Source: Acidobacteriota bacterium (GTDB taxonomy: Bacteria > Acidobacteriota > UBA890 > WLXD01). From it: a stretch of 64,000 nt of DNA. The notes beneath the pieces are model-generated. The model was not told the origin of the DNA and searched no databases. It saw only the letters and a program-made list of their open reading frames with translations. The DNA lies in NCBI GenBank assembly GCA_965248695.1, contig CBDFKD010000002.1, positions 1,152,001 to 1,216,000 of the forward strand, written 5' to 3'. Positions 40,289-49,755 of the stretch are shown one piece after another. How positions within the stretch are numbered: position 1 is the stretch's first letter; each line of letters starts with the position of its first letter. The translations under genes and the position numbers were made by a program.

Positions 40289-40493
40289 TCAGGGTGACGG
40301 GTGCGCCCGAGCGCATCGCCTCCGCGACGGACGCACATCTCGACCGCCAAGTCGGTCATCCGCGCACCACCCTTCGAGTAGGAGCCAATAGGTGGAGACT
40401 ACCGTAGCTAGGGAGAAGGAGCGGGAGCCGCGGGGACGTCACCGTCGCGGGACCCGGGAACCGCTCACAATCCGAGCTGATGTCGGGTCTGAT

Positions 40494-41228
40494 ATGTTTC
40501 GATTTGCCATGAGACGGACGATTGCGGCCTGGGCAGTTCATCTGCTGACCGGCAGCGGTGCGATCTGGGGCCTGCTGGCGCTCGATGCGGTGGCCCGAGA
40601 TGACGCGCGTTGGGCCCTGATCTGGATGGTCGCCGCGATGACCGTCGATTCTTTCGACGGCATGCTGGCACGCGCCGTGGGCGTAAAGAAGGTGCTGCCG
40701 GGCTTCGACGGCGCGTTGCTCGACAACACGCTCGACTACCTGAACTACGCTGTGGTACCTGCCTATTTCGTGTGGCGGATGGGCCTGGTGCCGTTAGCTC
40801 TCGGACTGCCGATCGCCGCGGCGATCCTGCTGGCCTCCGCCTATCAGTTCTGCCAGTCGGGAGCCAAGACCAGCGATCATTTCTTCCGCGGCTTCCCGTC
40901 GTTCTGGAACGTGGCCGTGTTCTACATGTATTTCGCGAACATCGACGGGCGCGCCAGCACGGCGATCTTGGTGTTGCTGTGCATTGGCGTTTTCGTGCCG
41001 CTGAAGTGGGCCTACCCGTCGCGTATGCTCGAGATGCGTACGTTGACGCTGGCGGTCACGATGCTCTGGGGTGTCAGTGTGGTCGCCATACTGGTTCAGT
41101 TCCCGGCTCCGGCGAACTGGCTGTTCTGGCTGTCGTTTTCGTACGTCGGGTTTTACGCTGCGGTCAGTGTGTATCTGACCCAGAACGCTGCACGCCGAGC
41201 GTTCGCGGCGCGGCGCGATCGCGCGTAA
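40494..41228 (+). CDS. pcs: Phosphatidylcholine synthase
   Basis: VHLLTGSG; CDP-alcohol motif D..DG..AR...D..LD...DYL.Y; AKT.DHFF.GFP.FWN. Confidence 0.88.
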   Translation: MFRFAMRRTIAAWAVHLLTGSGAIWGLLALDAVARDDARWALIWMVAAMTVDSFDGMLARAVGVKKVLPGFDGALLDNTLDYLNYAVVPAYFVWRMGLVPLALGLPIAAAILLASAYQFCQSGAKTSDHFFRGFPSFWNVAVFYMYFANIDGRASTAILVLLCIGVFVPLKWAYPSRMLEMRTLTLAVTMLWGVSVVAILVQFPAPANWLFWLSFSYVGFYAAVSVYLTQNAARRAFAARRDRA

Positions 41229-42705
41229 GGCGCGAGACCACCATGATCGTGGTCAGCGAGCAGAGCACGGTCAGCGTCTTGAAGGGGAACCGCACGGCAC
41301 CGCCGGCATCGATCATCGGGTAGGGCAGCAGGGCGGGAATACCGAGGATCGGCTCACCGCCACCGAAGCGCATCACGAACGAGACCGCGAAGCCGGCCAT
41401 CGACCCGATACGGTTGGCGCGCCGATCGTAGAGCGCCAGCACGAGCTGCGGGAAGAGGATGCAGTAGACGAAGTCGCTCGACAGGTACCAGAGCGCGTAG
41501 ACGCTCTGTACCTGCAGCGCCAGAATCGTGGCCGATACACCGACGAGCACGATGGTTCGTCGGATCACGCGGGTCAGCTGATCGGCGGACACGTCCGGTT
41601 TCCACAGCGGTCGGTAGACGTTCCACGCGCCCATGGATGACGCTGACAGAATCGACGAGTCGACCGATGACATGACCGCGGCGGCGAGCGCGCCGAGCCC
41701 CAGCGCGGCGATCCAAGGATCGGTCAGGTAACGCAGCACCCAGGGGAGGATCAGCGCCGGTTCTGGCGTCGGGACTCCCATGGCCTCCCAGTCGACACCG
41801 GCTCCGACGATGCCGATCAACACTGCGGGCATTGCCGCGATGACGCATACCGCCGCGCCGATGAGCGAGGCCGTCCGCGCGGCGCTCGCGTCGCGCATCG
41901 CCAGCACGCGCTGGAAATACGCGTGCCACGGCAGGCCGCCGAAGATCAGCATGAGCATCGAGTCCCACCAGCTCCAGTAGGTGTTCCCCCATGCCGGGTC
42001 GCGCCAGGATCCCCACTTCGGCATGAAGGCCGCCGCGGAGCCCATGCGCTCGACGTACGCGGCCCATGCCGCGTCGATGCCGCCCAGTGCGCCAGCGGCA
42101 ATCGGCGCCACAAGCCAGAGGCCTCCGACGAGCAGCAGGAGCTGTACGACGTCGGTCAACGCCACCGCCCACAGACCGCCGATCAAGGTGTAGCCCACGG
42201 CGACGGCCGCCGACAGCAGGATGGACACGGTGAAGTCGAGGTCGAGTACGGTGCCGAAAGTAGTGCCGAGCGCCGTCAGGATGGCGGCGCTCCAGAAGAC
42301 CTCACCGGTCAATGCCGGGAGGTACAGGAGTGCCGCCATGCGCCGCCCGAACCGCTGGTGCAGTGGGTCGAGCATGGTGGTGAACCCGTGGCGCCGCATG
42401 ATGGGGGCGAAGAACAGACCACCGACCACCATGCTGAGCGAATAACCCCATGGCGCCTGCACCCATACGAGCCCGTTGGAGTAGGCAGCCTCAGCCGAAC
42501 CGTTGATATAGCCGCCGCCCACCCATGTCGCCGACATGGTCAAGACGCCCACCCAGATCGGCAGCGCCCGCCCGGCTAGCAGCATGTCCTCAGCGGTGCC
42601 GCACGACTTGCGCCGGGCAGCGTAGATGCCGATGGCGAAGATCACTGCATAGAGCACGGCCATCACCAGCACCGCGCCCCACTGGACGTTCGAAGGCTCA
42701 GACAT
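41164..42705 (-). CDS. Sodium:solute symporter similar to the high-affinity choline transporter SLC5A7/CHT1
   Basis: ATWVGGGYING.AE, WVQAPWGYSLS, TMLDP, GGLPW.AYFQRVL and SSVDSSILSASS motifs. Confidence 0.85.
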   Translation of the reverse strand: MSEPSNVQWGAVLVMAVLYAVIFAIGIYAARRKSCGTAEDMLLAGRALPIWVGVLTMSATWVGGGYINGSAEAAYSNGLVWVQAPWGYSLSMVVGGLFFAPIMRRHGFTTMLDPLHQRFGRRMAALLYLPALTGEVFWSAAILTALGTTFGTVLDLDFTVSILLSAAVAVGYTLIGGLWAVALTDVVQLLLLVGGLWLVAPIAAGALGGIDAAWAAYVERMGSAAAFMPKWGSWRDPAWGNTYWSWWDSMLMLIFGGLPWHAYFQRVLAMRDASAARTASLIGAAVCVIAAMPAVLIGIVGAGVDWEAMGVPTPEPALILPWVLRYLTDPWIAALGLGALAAAVMSSVDSSILSASSMGAWNVYRPLWKPDVSADQLTRVIRRTIVLVGVSATILALQVQSVYALWYLSSDFVYCILFPQLVLALYDRRANRIGSMAGFAVSFVMRFGGGEPILGIPALLPYPMIDAGGAVRFPFKTLTVLCSLTTIMVVSRLTRDRAAPRTLGVQRSGSDTH

Positions 42706-42864
42706 CGATCGGTAGTGAACAACGGATCGCATGCTACGATCCAGCCAGGCGCTCGTGATTACGGGTGCCACGGGCGGTTGCGGCATTAACTCGTGCCGCC
42801 CGAATACAGGTTTCTCACGGTTTCCGGAGGGAAGCGCGTGACGGTTCGGTCGAGGCTATGAGCG

Positions 42865-43075
42865 GCCTATTGAGCCGGGCGGTAATGGGAGCCGCCGATA
42901 CGGACACGCTCGAAAAGGAGGTGATCTAGTGTTGTCTGATAAACACGGCTTAACGGAGGTGGCAGCCCCGTAAGGGAGATCCTTCCTTTCGAGCTGAAGG
43001 CTCCAGCGTTGTTGGCGCTGTTGAGGGATCCGTCCCCGATGCGGGGAATCCCACTGCCACCGACCATGAGCTACA
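42865..43075 (+). ncRNA. Candidate structured ncRNA or leader containing a 14-codon sORF
   Basis: Nested helices TTGAGCCG/CGGCTTAA, GGCGGT/GCCGCC, GGTGGCAG/CTGCCACC and GATCCTTC/GAGGGATC plus several small hairpins; SD AAGGAGGTGATC; sORF at 42929-42973. Confidence 0.55.
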
Positions 43076-43076
43076 A

Positions 43077-43117
43077 ACGAGGGCCCCGGCGCCGAACGGC
43101 GTCGGGGCCCTTGTCTT
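43077..43117 (+). terminator. Strong GC hairpin, putative intrinsic terminator
   Basis: ACGAGGGCCCCGGCGCC-GAAC-GGCGTCGGGGCCCTTGT followed by CTT. Confidence 0.7.
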
Positions 43118-43175
43118 GATAGCCTCGGGGTGCCCGCACGAATCGTACGCACAGATTCTCGAGTCTGGCCAACAC

Positions 43176-44090
43176 ATGCAGCGTGCCGTCGTCATTGCCA
43201 ACCCCATTGCCGGCCAGGGGGCTCCGATGCGGGCTGCGGAAGAGGCCCGCGGCCATCTCGAGCACCACGGCTGGGAGGTCGGGGTTCGACCGACGAGCGC
43301 GACCGGGCATGCGACCGAGATCGTCCAGCAGTGCCTGCACTCCACGGAGCTGATCGTCGTCGTCGGTGGCGACGGCACCGTACGCGAGGCGGTCGCCGGG
43401 CTCGACGGCGCGTCGGTGCCGGTCGGATTCGTACCGATGGGCAACGCCAACGTTCTGGCGCGTGAGCTACGGATCCCGCGGAACCCGCAGCACTCCATCC
43501 CTTTGCTCACCGCCGGGGAGCCACTGGCGATCGATGTGGGCCGCGTCGAGGGCATGATCTTTCTGAGCATGGTCAGCGTCGGCTACGACGGCTGGACTAT
43601 CGCCGGTGTCGATTGGCTGCGCGGCACCCGCGTCGGGGGGTGGCTGTACCGACACGGCGGCTCGAGCTGCCTCTACGTGCTCGCCGGATTGCCGCCGCTT
43701 CTGCTAAGAACGGTTCCCAACCGGGTTCGCATCGAGGCCGATGGCCAACTCCTGACACGGCGTTACCCCTCGGCCGTTTTCAGCAACGCCGAAGCCTACG
43801 GGCTGGGGTGGGCAATGACTCCTGGAGCCAACATCCGCGATGGTCGTCTCGACCACCAGGCCAACCGACGCTCCGCACCGTGGTTCGTTCTTTGGACCAT
43901 CGCCGCCTCCATCCTGCACCGCCGTGTGCCGGGGGTAGTGGCGGAATACGGCGGCGCGGCGGGGTACCGCGTCACCGCTGATCGGCCGTTCCGATGGCAG
44001 GTCGACGGTGACCCCATGCCGCCCCGTCGCGAGCTGCATATCGAGCTATTGCCGCGCCACGCACGGATTGTCGCGCCGCCGCCCGACTAG
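43176..44090 (+). CDS. Diacylglycerol kinase-family lipid kinase (YegS/DgkB-like)
   Basis: NPIAG, GGDGT, PMGNANVLA and QVDGD motifs. Confidence 0.88.
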   Translation: MQRAVVIANPIAGQGAPMRAAEEARGHLEHHGWEVGVRPTSATGHATEIVQQCLHSTELIVVVGGDGTVREAVAGLDGASVPVGFVPMGNANVLARELRIPRNPQHSIPLLTAGEPLAIDVGRVEGMIFLSMVSVGYDGWTIAGVDWLRGTRVGGWLYRHGGSSCLYVLAGLPPLLLRTVPNRVRIEADGQLLTRRYPSAVFSNAEAYGLGWAMTPGANIRDGRLDHQANRRSAPWFVLWTIAASILHRRVPGVVAEYGGAAGYRVTADRPFRWQVDGDPMPPRRELHIELLPRHARIVAPPPD

Positions 44091-44713
44091 GCTCTCGGCC
44101 CGCTGACGTGGGGGCTTTCTCGAACGAAGAAGCGCAGTGGTGCGTCTTGCCATTCCTCGGCGTAGCCGATGCCGACGCGTGTCCCGCTTTGGATTGCCGA
44201 AGTCGGCAACGGCCGCAGGCACCGACGCTCGATACACAGGCGGCCGGGTCGCGTCAGGTCGACGCCGTTGAGCGTGCGAGTGATGCCGAGTGCCTGGCAG
44301 AGCTTGGCGGGTCCCGAGCACAGCTCGGTATCGCGGCGGGCCCGCACCCGGCGGGCGTACATGTGCGATACGCCTGTCTCTGGCTGCAGTGCTCGAATCA
44401 ATACGCCCATCGGCTCCTCGGCCTGCCCGGCCACCGCATTCACACAGTGGTGCATGCCGTAGACGAAGTAGACGTAGGCGTGGCCGCCGTCACCCCACAT
44501 GCTCTCGTTGCGCTCGGTGCGCCGGCCGCCGTACGTGTGGGCCGCTTTGTCCTCGATCCCGAGATAGGCCTCGGTCTCGACGATGACGCCGGCGGTTCGA
44601 ACTCCACCGACCAGGCTGACCAGTCGCTGACCGAGCAGGGCGCGCGCCAGCGTTGCCGCATCGCGACGAAAGAAGCGCCGCGACAGACACGGCGCGGAGG
44701 CACGCTTCGTCAT
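44087..44713 (-). CDS. mpg: DNA-3-methyladenine glycosylase (MPG/Aag)
   Basis: IVETEAY, YVYFVYGMH, GPAKLCQALGI and RVGI motifs. Confidence 0.92.
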   Translation of the reverse strand: MTKRASAPCLSRRFFRRDAATLARALLGQRLVSLVGGVRTAGVIVETEAYLGIEDKAAHTYGGRRTERNESMWGDGGHAYVYFVYGMHHCVNAVAGQAEEPMGVLIRALQPETGVSHMYARRVRARRDTELCSGPAKLCQALGITRTLNGVDLTRPGRLCIERRCLRPLPTSAIQSGTRVGIGYAEEWQDAPLRFFVRESPHVSGPRA

Positions 44714-44745
44714 GGACTCAACTCTGCAGGGCTCCCGGCGGCCGA

Positions 44746-46440
44746 TTAGTAGCCGGTGGCCGTCCCGGCGCCCCGTCGATCGGCGTGGCCGGCGAGATAG
44801 CCGTCCGGCGTGCGCATGATGCCGGCGGCCATACCGATGGTGCCGCGCTCGCGCAGCTCGTAGCCCATGCGCCAAAGATCGGTCTGCGTTTCGGCCGAGA
44901 TCGCGAAGCGCTCGTGGTAGATGACGTCCGGAAGCCATTGGCTGTGGATACGCTCGGCATCGATCGCCTGCTGGATATCCATGCCCCAAACGGTGACGTT
45001 GAGGTAGATCTGCAACACGGTGTTGATGATCGTCGGGCCGCCCGGGCTCCCCATGGTCATGAAGAACTCACCGTCGCGGCGAATGATCGTCGGCGTCATC
45101 GAGGATAGGGGTCGCTTCCCCGGCTCGACGGCGTTGGCCTCGGCGCCGAGCATGCCGTACTGGTTCGGAACCCCGGGCTTGGCGGAGAAGTTGTCCATCT
45201 GGTTGTTCCACAGAAAGCCTGTGCCGGCGGCCACGGCGCCCATTCCATACCCGCTGTTGAGTGTCGTGGTCACTGCAGCGACGTTGCCCCAGCGATCGAC
45301 GACGGTGTAATGCGTTGTCTCCTCCGACTCCGCCGCGCCGTGGGCGACGCCGGCGCTGTCGCCGGCAAGCCCATCTCGGGGTAGCAGCTGCCGGCGACGC
45401 TCGATGTAACGCGGAGAAGTGAGGCGGGCTACCGGGACATCGAAGAAGCGCGGATCACCGAGCCAGTAGTTGCGATCGGCGAACGCCAGTCGCTGGGCCT
45501 CGGTGAGCATCGAGATCGCCGCGGCGGAGTGGTAGCCGGCCGCAGCAAGCTCCGACACACGCACCAGCCCGAGCATCTGGGCAATCGTCGTGCCGCCCGA
45601 GCTCGGTACCGGATGAGTGATCCACTCGTAGTCGCCGTGCGTGAAGAGCAACGGGTCGCGCCAGTCGGAGCTGTAGCTGTCGAGATCCTTGTGGGTGATC
45701 AAGCCATCGTGGGCTTGCATGTCGGCGACGATGAGGTCGGCAACGCGTCCGGAGTAGAAGCCGTCGCGGCCATGCCGCGAGACCGCCTCCAGCGTGTCCG
45801 CCAGATCCGACTGCACTAGAATGTCACCCATCTCGGGTCCATCGCCGGCCAAACGAAACGCCGCCACAGTGGCCGGGAACTCACGCAGCTTGCGCACCCG
45901 TCGCAAGCTGCTGCTGAGCCTGTATGAGACCGGGAAACCGTCACGCGCGAGCGCGATGGCTGGCGCCAGCACCTGTTCGTGGCTCAGGTTGCCGTCGCGT
46001 TCGATGAGCGCCAGCATCCCGTCGACGCTTCCCGGGACGCCGATGCCCTTGTGGGTCTGCGTGCTCAGCCCGTCGATCATCTCGCCGTTGGCGTCGAGAT
46101 ACATGTCTTCAGTCGCCGCCGCCGGTGCTCTTTCGCGGAAGTCGAGCGCGAACGGTTCCCCGGCCGCCGGCAGCCCGACGAGAAAGCCGCCGCCACCGAT
46201 GTTGCCGGCTGCAGGATAGGTCACGGCGAGCGCGAACTGCACTGCCGCTGTAGCGTCGAAGGCATTGCCGCCCGCCTGCATAATCGCCACCCCGACATCG
46301 GTGGCGAAGCGCTCCGGCGAGGCGACCATCCCGCTGGCTGCGAAGCTGGGCCCCGAACGAGCCGAGGCCGGGGCAACCGAGGCGCCGGCGATAGCGACAA
46401 CCAGGGCGAGGGCGACTCCGTTGAGTCTGCGTAGCGTCAT
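44746..46440 (-). CDS. ggt: Gamma-glutamyltransferase
   Basis: GGNAFDA, GNIGGGGF, ETTHYTVVD (Thr nucleophile), GKRPLSSMTPT and GSPGG motifs. Confidence 0.95.
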   Translation of the reverse strand: MTLRRLNGVALALVVAIAGASVAPASARSGPSFAASGMVASPERFATDVGVAIMQAGGNAFDATAAVQFALAVTYPAAGNIGGGGFLVGLPAAGEPFALDFRERAPAAATEDMYLDANGEMIDGLSTQTHKGIGVPGSVDGMLALIERDGNLSHEQVLAPAIALARDGFPVSYRLSSSLRRVRKLREFPATVAAFRLAGDGPEMGDILVQSDLADTLEAVSRHGRDGFYSGRVADLIVADMQAHDGLITHKDLDSYSSDWRDPLLFTHGDYEWITHPVPSSGGTTIAQMLGLVRVSELAAAGYHSAAAISMLTEAQRLAFADRNYWLGDPRFFDVPVARLTSPRYIERRRQLLPRDGLAGDSAGVAHGAAESEETTHYTVVDRWGNVAAVTTTLNSGYGMGAVAAGTGFLWNNQMDNFSAKPGVPNQYGMLGAEANAVEPGKRPLSSMTPTIIRRDGEFFMTMGSPGGPTIINTVLQIYLNVTVWGMDIQQAIDAERIHSQWLPDVIYHERFAISAETQTDLWRMGYELRERGTIGMAAGIMRTPDGYLAGHADRRGAGTATGY

Positions 46441-46733
46441 TCGGGCAACTCCATGGATTGCGGCGCCTGCGTTGCGTTGCCGAGCTGGCGGACGAACCAG
46501 AACATTCCGAGAACGATGGCGATCAGCGCCACGACCATGGCGATCAACGAGATCTTGTTCCAGCGTGACAGCTTGATCGGCCCGGGGTCCGGGGCGTGCT
46601 CGCGCGCCGCTTCGATGAGGCGATCGGCGCACGGCGGGCACTCCTTGCAATGCGCGATGATGCGCGCCTTCTTGCGCTCGCCGAGCTCGTCGCGCGCGAA
46701 GTTCACCAGGTCTTGCTCGGTCATGTGGATCAT
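46437..46733 (-). CDS. Small zf-HC2 (ZAS anti-sigma-like) membrane protein
   Basis: H...HCKECPPC motif, one TM helix, RBS GAAGGGA, ATGA overlap with ggt. Confidence 0.7.
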   Translation of the reverse strand: MIHMTEQDLVNFARDELGERKKARIIAHCKECPPCADRLIEAAREHAPDPGPIKLSRWNKISLIAMVVALIAIVLGMFWFVRQLGNATQAPQSMELPE

Positions 46734-46844
46734 GCATCCCTTCATATCATCCGAACACCGGTGGCCTCGACCGGTGTGCTCGTCAACCCTGCGTACGTTC
46801 CGCCTGGCCGGCAGGCGAACTGGCCGTTCCGTTACCATTGTGCG

Positions 46845-48269
46845 ATGAGCCGACGGAGGATCGTCCGCAGCCCCTTCCTGCTTCCGGTCTTGATTCCGGT
46901 GCTGGCCGCGACGGCCTGTGCGCCTGAAGATGACCTGCCAGATCGTCGCGGCGTCGCGGCAGCCAAGCAGCGCGAGCGCGGTGCCGGCGACGCGCAGCGC
47001 GTCCGAGGCGCGCCGGACTATCTGTCGCGCGCCATGATCGAGAGTTCCCCGGTCGCCGGGCGCCACGCTGGCTGGGATCGGGAGCGACTGTGGAGCCCGC
47101 ACGTCGACTGGGAGCCAGTGGTCGCCGCCGACCGGGGGTCGGGGTGGGTCTACCAGATGGCGAGCCGCTACTTCGCCTCTCCCTGTGACGGCTGCCCGGA
47201 TCCGATCATGGTGTTTCGCCGCTCGGCCGATGGCGGGGTGACCTGGGAGGACGATCGGTATCCGTTTCTCGAAGGCCGCTGGCAGAACGATCCGCAGCTC
47301 GTGGTTGCCGGCGACGGCACCATCTTCGCCGCCTGGCTGCAGGACTGGCGGCCGGGGGTACGGCTGTCGCGCTCGGTCGACAACGGCGCCACGTGGAGCG
47401 AGCCGATGCATTTCACCCGCGATCGACAACCACGATGGTCCGACCATCCCCTGCTGCTGGTTTCTGACGATGGCCGGGACATCTACGTGGCGTTCAACAA
47501 CGGCGACAGCTGGGTGGCGGCGTCGCACGACGGCGGCTCGACGTTTGCGGCCCCGGTGCGTACCAACGATGACGATCGGTACTGGTTTCAGACCGGTGGT
47601 CTAGTCGCCGACAACGGTGACGTGTTTATCGCCGCGGCGGACTACTCGCAGAGCTACGATGGTGAGGCGCATATCAACGTCCTGCGATCGACCGACGGCG
47701 GTAGGTCGTGGTCCGGGGCACGCGTGGATACTTCCGCGGAGATGCCCGCGTGCGAGTGGGCGGAGGGCTGCTACTCCGGATTTCTGGGACCGCGCGCTGG
47801 CGTCGCGATGGACTCCGCGGGCACGTTCATGCTGGTGTACAACGCCGGCGCCCGCGGCGGACGTTCGCAGCGCCTGTGGTATCGGACCTCGATCGACGCC
47901 CTCAGCTGGGGACCGCGCACGCCACTGTCGCGCCCGGAGGCGCTCGTCGACTTCGCGTTCCCGGTGGTTGTGGCCGGCCCCGCTGCGGGTGATTTCCGCG
48001 TCGCATGGATGGACGACCGGCGGGGCTCGCAGAGCCGCTGGAACACCTGGTTGGCGCACACTACGGATGCCGGCGCGACATGGGGTGAGCGCTTGCGTCT
48101 GTCGGGCGGCGGACCGCAGACCAGCTACTCCGATGCCGACGGCTACGCGTTCCCCTACGGGGACTACTTCCAGCTCGTAGTCGACGGCGACGGCCGCAAT
48201 CACGTCGTGTGGGGCGCCGGCGAGAGCTACGACGGCAACGGCGGCGTCTGGTACACGCGCGGCCGTTGA
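46845..48269 (+). CDS. Sialidase-like/BNR-repeat lipoprotein
   Basis: Lipobox ATAC; repeated S.DGG.TW boxes; C-terminal YGDY. Confidence 0.8.
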   Translation: MSRRRIVRSPFLLPVLIPVLAATACAPEDDLPDRRGVAAAKQRERGAGDAQRVRGAPDYLSRAMIESSPVAGRHAGWDRERLWSPHVDWEPVVAADRGSGWVYQMASRYFASPCDGCPDPIMVFRRSADGGVTWEDDRYPFLEGRWQNDPQLVVAGDGTIFAAWLQDWRPGVRLSRSVDNGATWSEPMHFTRDRQPRWSDHPLLLVSDDGRDIYVAFNNGDSWVAASHDGGSTFAAPVRTNDDDRYWFQTGGLVADNGDVFIAAADYSQSYDGEAHINVLRSTDGGRSWSGARVDTSAEMPACEWAEGCYSGFLGPRAGVAMDSAGTFMLVYNAGARGGRSQRLWYRTSIDALSWGPRTPLSRPEALVDFAFPVVVAGPAAGDFRVAWMDDRRGSQSRWNTWLAHTTDAGATWGERLRLSGGGPQTSYSDADGYAFPYGDYFQLVVDGDGRNHVVWGAGESYDGNGGVWYTRGR

Positions 48270-49135
48270 GCACCGCGCCGGCAGCAGACATGTGGGCGGC
48301 TCCGGGGCGACTCCGCCTCGCGGGCACCGTTGCCCTCCTCGCGCTGCTGGCATTGATAGCCAGTGGGGCGGTCGACCAGCGCGCCCAGGACAGTTCGGGT
48401 GTGGTATTTCGCCGCGCCGTGATCACCTTCGCTGCGGCGCGGGCGCTCGATGGGGCGATCTCGCTGGCGCAGGGAACCGAGATCGCGTTGCAGCCCGCCG
48501 GGATGGGGGTGACGATCAGCGCCGGCGAGCTGCTCGATCCGATCAACGACCTGGTGGAGCAGTTCTCGTCGTTGATGTTGGTGGCCACCACATCGCTGGG
48601 TCTGCAGAACATGCTGCTTCGGGTGAGCGCGTGGTGGGTGTTCGGTACCCTGTTGGCGCTGCTTGCCGTGGCGCGGATGGTCATCCTCTGGTACCCCGAG
48701 CTGGGCTCGGAGCCGCTGCGCCAGCTCATCAGCGGCGCCTTTGTCGTGGTGCTGGTGGTTCGCTTTGCCTTGCCGCTCTACGCTCTCGGCTCGGGTCTGT
48801 TCTTCGAGCGGTTCCTGGCGCCCTCGCAGGCCGAGGCCGTCGGCGCGATCGAGCAGACCAGCGGCGACATACGCGAGCTCGAACGACTCGGGGCCGAGAG
48901 TGAGCTCGACGCCGACGCCACCTGGATGGCGCGCGTCTCGACGTGGTTTGCGGACGCGGTCGAGCGGCTCGACGTCCGCGAACGCCTCGAGGCGTTCCGC
49001 GAGCGTCTGACCGCCGTGACCGAACAGGTGCTCCACCTGGTCGTCGTCTTCACCCTGCAGACCATCGCGCTGCCGCTGGCGTTCCTGTGGATCCTGCCGC
49101 GCGCCGTGACCTGGACCATGCGACGTCTGGCCTGA
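48266..49135 (+). CDS. Conserved hypothetical membrane protein
   Basis: FAAARALDG.IS..Q and GELLDPINDLVEQFS motifs; TM helices; overlaps the upstream stop. Confidence 0.7.
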   Translation: MSTAPAADMWAAPGRLRLAGTVALLALLALIASGAVDQRAQDSSGVVFRRAVITFAAARALDGAISLAQGTEIALQPAGMGVTISAGELLDPINDLVEQFSSLMLVATTSLGLQNMLLRVSAWWVFGTLLALLAVARMVILWYPELGSEPLRQLISGAFVVVLVVRFALPLYALGSGLFFERFLAPSQAEAVGAIEQTSGDIRELERLGAESELDADATWMARVSTWFADAVERLDVRERLEAFRERLTAVTEQVLHLVVVFTLQTIALPLAFLWILPRAVTWTMRRLA

Positions 49136-49362
49136 CCGACGACGGTGTTCCGACCGCCACCGAGGCAGTGCCTCCGCCGCGGCGATCGCCGGCTCTCGTG
49201 CGACTCATCCGGGTGACCGCCAGGTTCCTCTGTGACTCGGCACGGCGACCGCCAGGCTCCCCTGCCGCTCAGCGTGGGAAGCTGCTACCCTGGCTCACTG
49301 CTGGGGCCCGCGCTGTGTGCGGTCCCCTTGTTGCAGAACGGTTCGATGGGAGTGTTTGGTAA

Positions 49363-49638
49363 GTGAAGAAGATCTACGTTGGAAACCTGTCCTGGGGCAG
49401 CGGTGACGCCGAGCTACGCGAGTACTTCTCCGCCTATGGCGAGGTGCACTCGGCGGCGGTGATTACCGACCGCGATACCGGCCGCTCGCGCGGGTTCGGG
49501 TTTGTCGAGATGGAAGACGCGGACGCCGAGAAGGCGATCTCTCAAGCCGACGGCCAGGAGATGGACGGCCGCCGGTTGCGCGTCAACGAGGCCCAACCGC
49601 GCGGCGAGCGCGGAGGCGGAGGCGGCGGACGCTGGTAG
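49363..49638 (+). CDS. RRM RNA-binding protein
   Basis: RNP2 IYVGNL, RNP1 RGFGFVEM, Gly-rich tail. Confidence 0.95.
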   Translation: MKKIYVGNLSWGSGDAELREYFSAYGEVHSAAVITDRDTGRSRGFGFVEMEDADAEKAISQADGQEMDGRRLRVNEAQPRGERGGGGGGRW

Positions 49639-49696
49639 CGTCCTGACCGCGTAACACCCGACGTCGTAGCCAGATGTCGGTCAACCCGATGCTTGT

Positions 49697-49730
49697 AGAG
49701 GGCCGCGACGTTCCGGCGTCGTGGCTTCTT
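49697..49730 (+). terminator. Putative intrinsic terminator after the RRM gene
   Basis: GCCGCGACG-TTCCGG-CGTCGTGGC hairpin followed by TTCTT. Confidence 0.55.
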
Positions 49731-49755
49731 GTGCCGGCATGAATCCCCGGCGCAG

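Noticed and set aside
42915-42926. 16S rRNA 3'-end fragment on the minus strand
   Set aside because: The match is only about 12 nt and the flanks do not continue as 16S; better explained as an extended SD
42865-43075. Cobalamin riboswitch, tmRNA, RNase P or SRP assignment
   Set aside because: No B12 box, tRNA-like ends, GAGGAAAGTCC or SRP helix-8 motif seen; cmscan is still needed
46441-46737. N-terminal extension of GGT in the ORF track
   Set aside because: The region encodes the separate zf-HC2 protein in another frame; the GGT signal peptide starts at 46440
49260-49362. Hairpin in the RRM gene leader as a thermosensor
   Set aside because: A single GC-rich hairpin is expected by chance at this GC content; no further support
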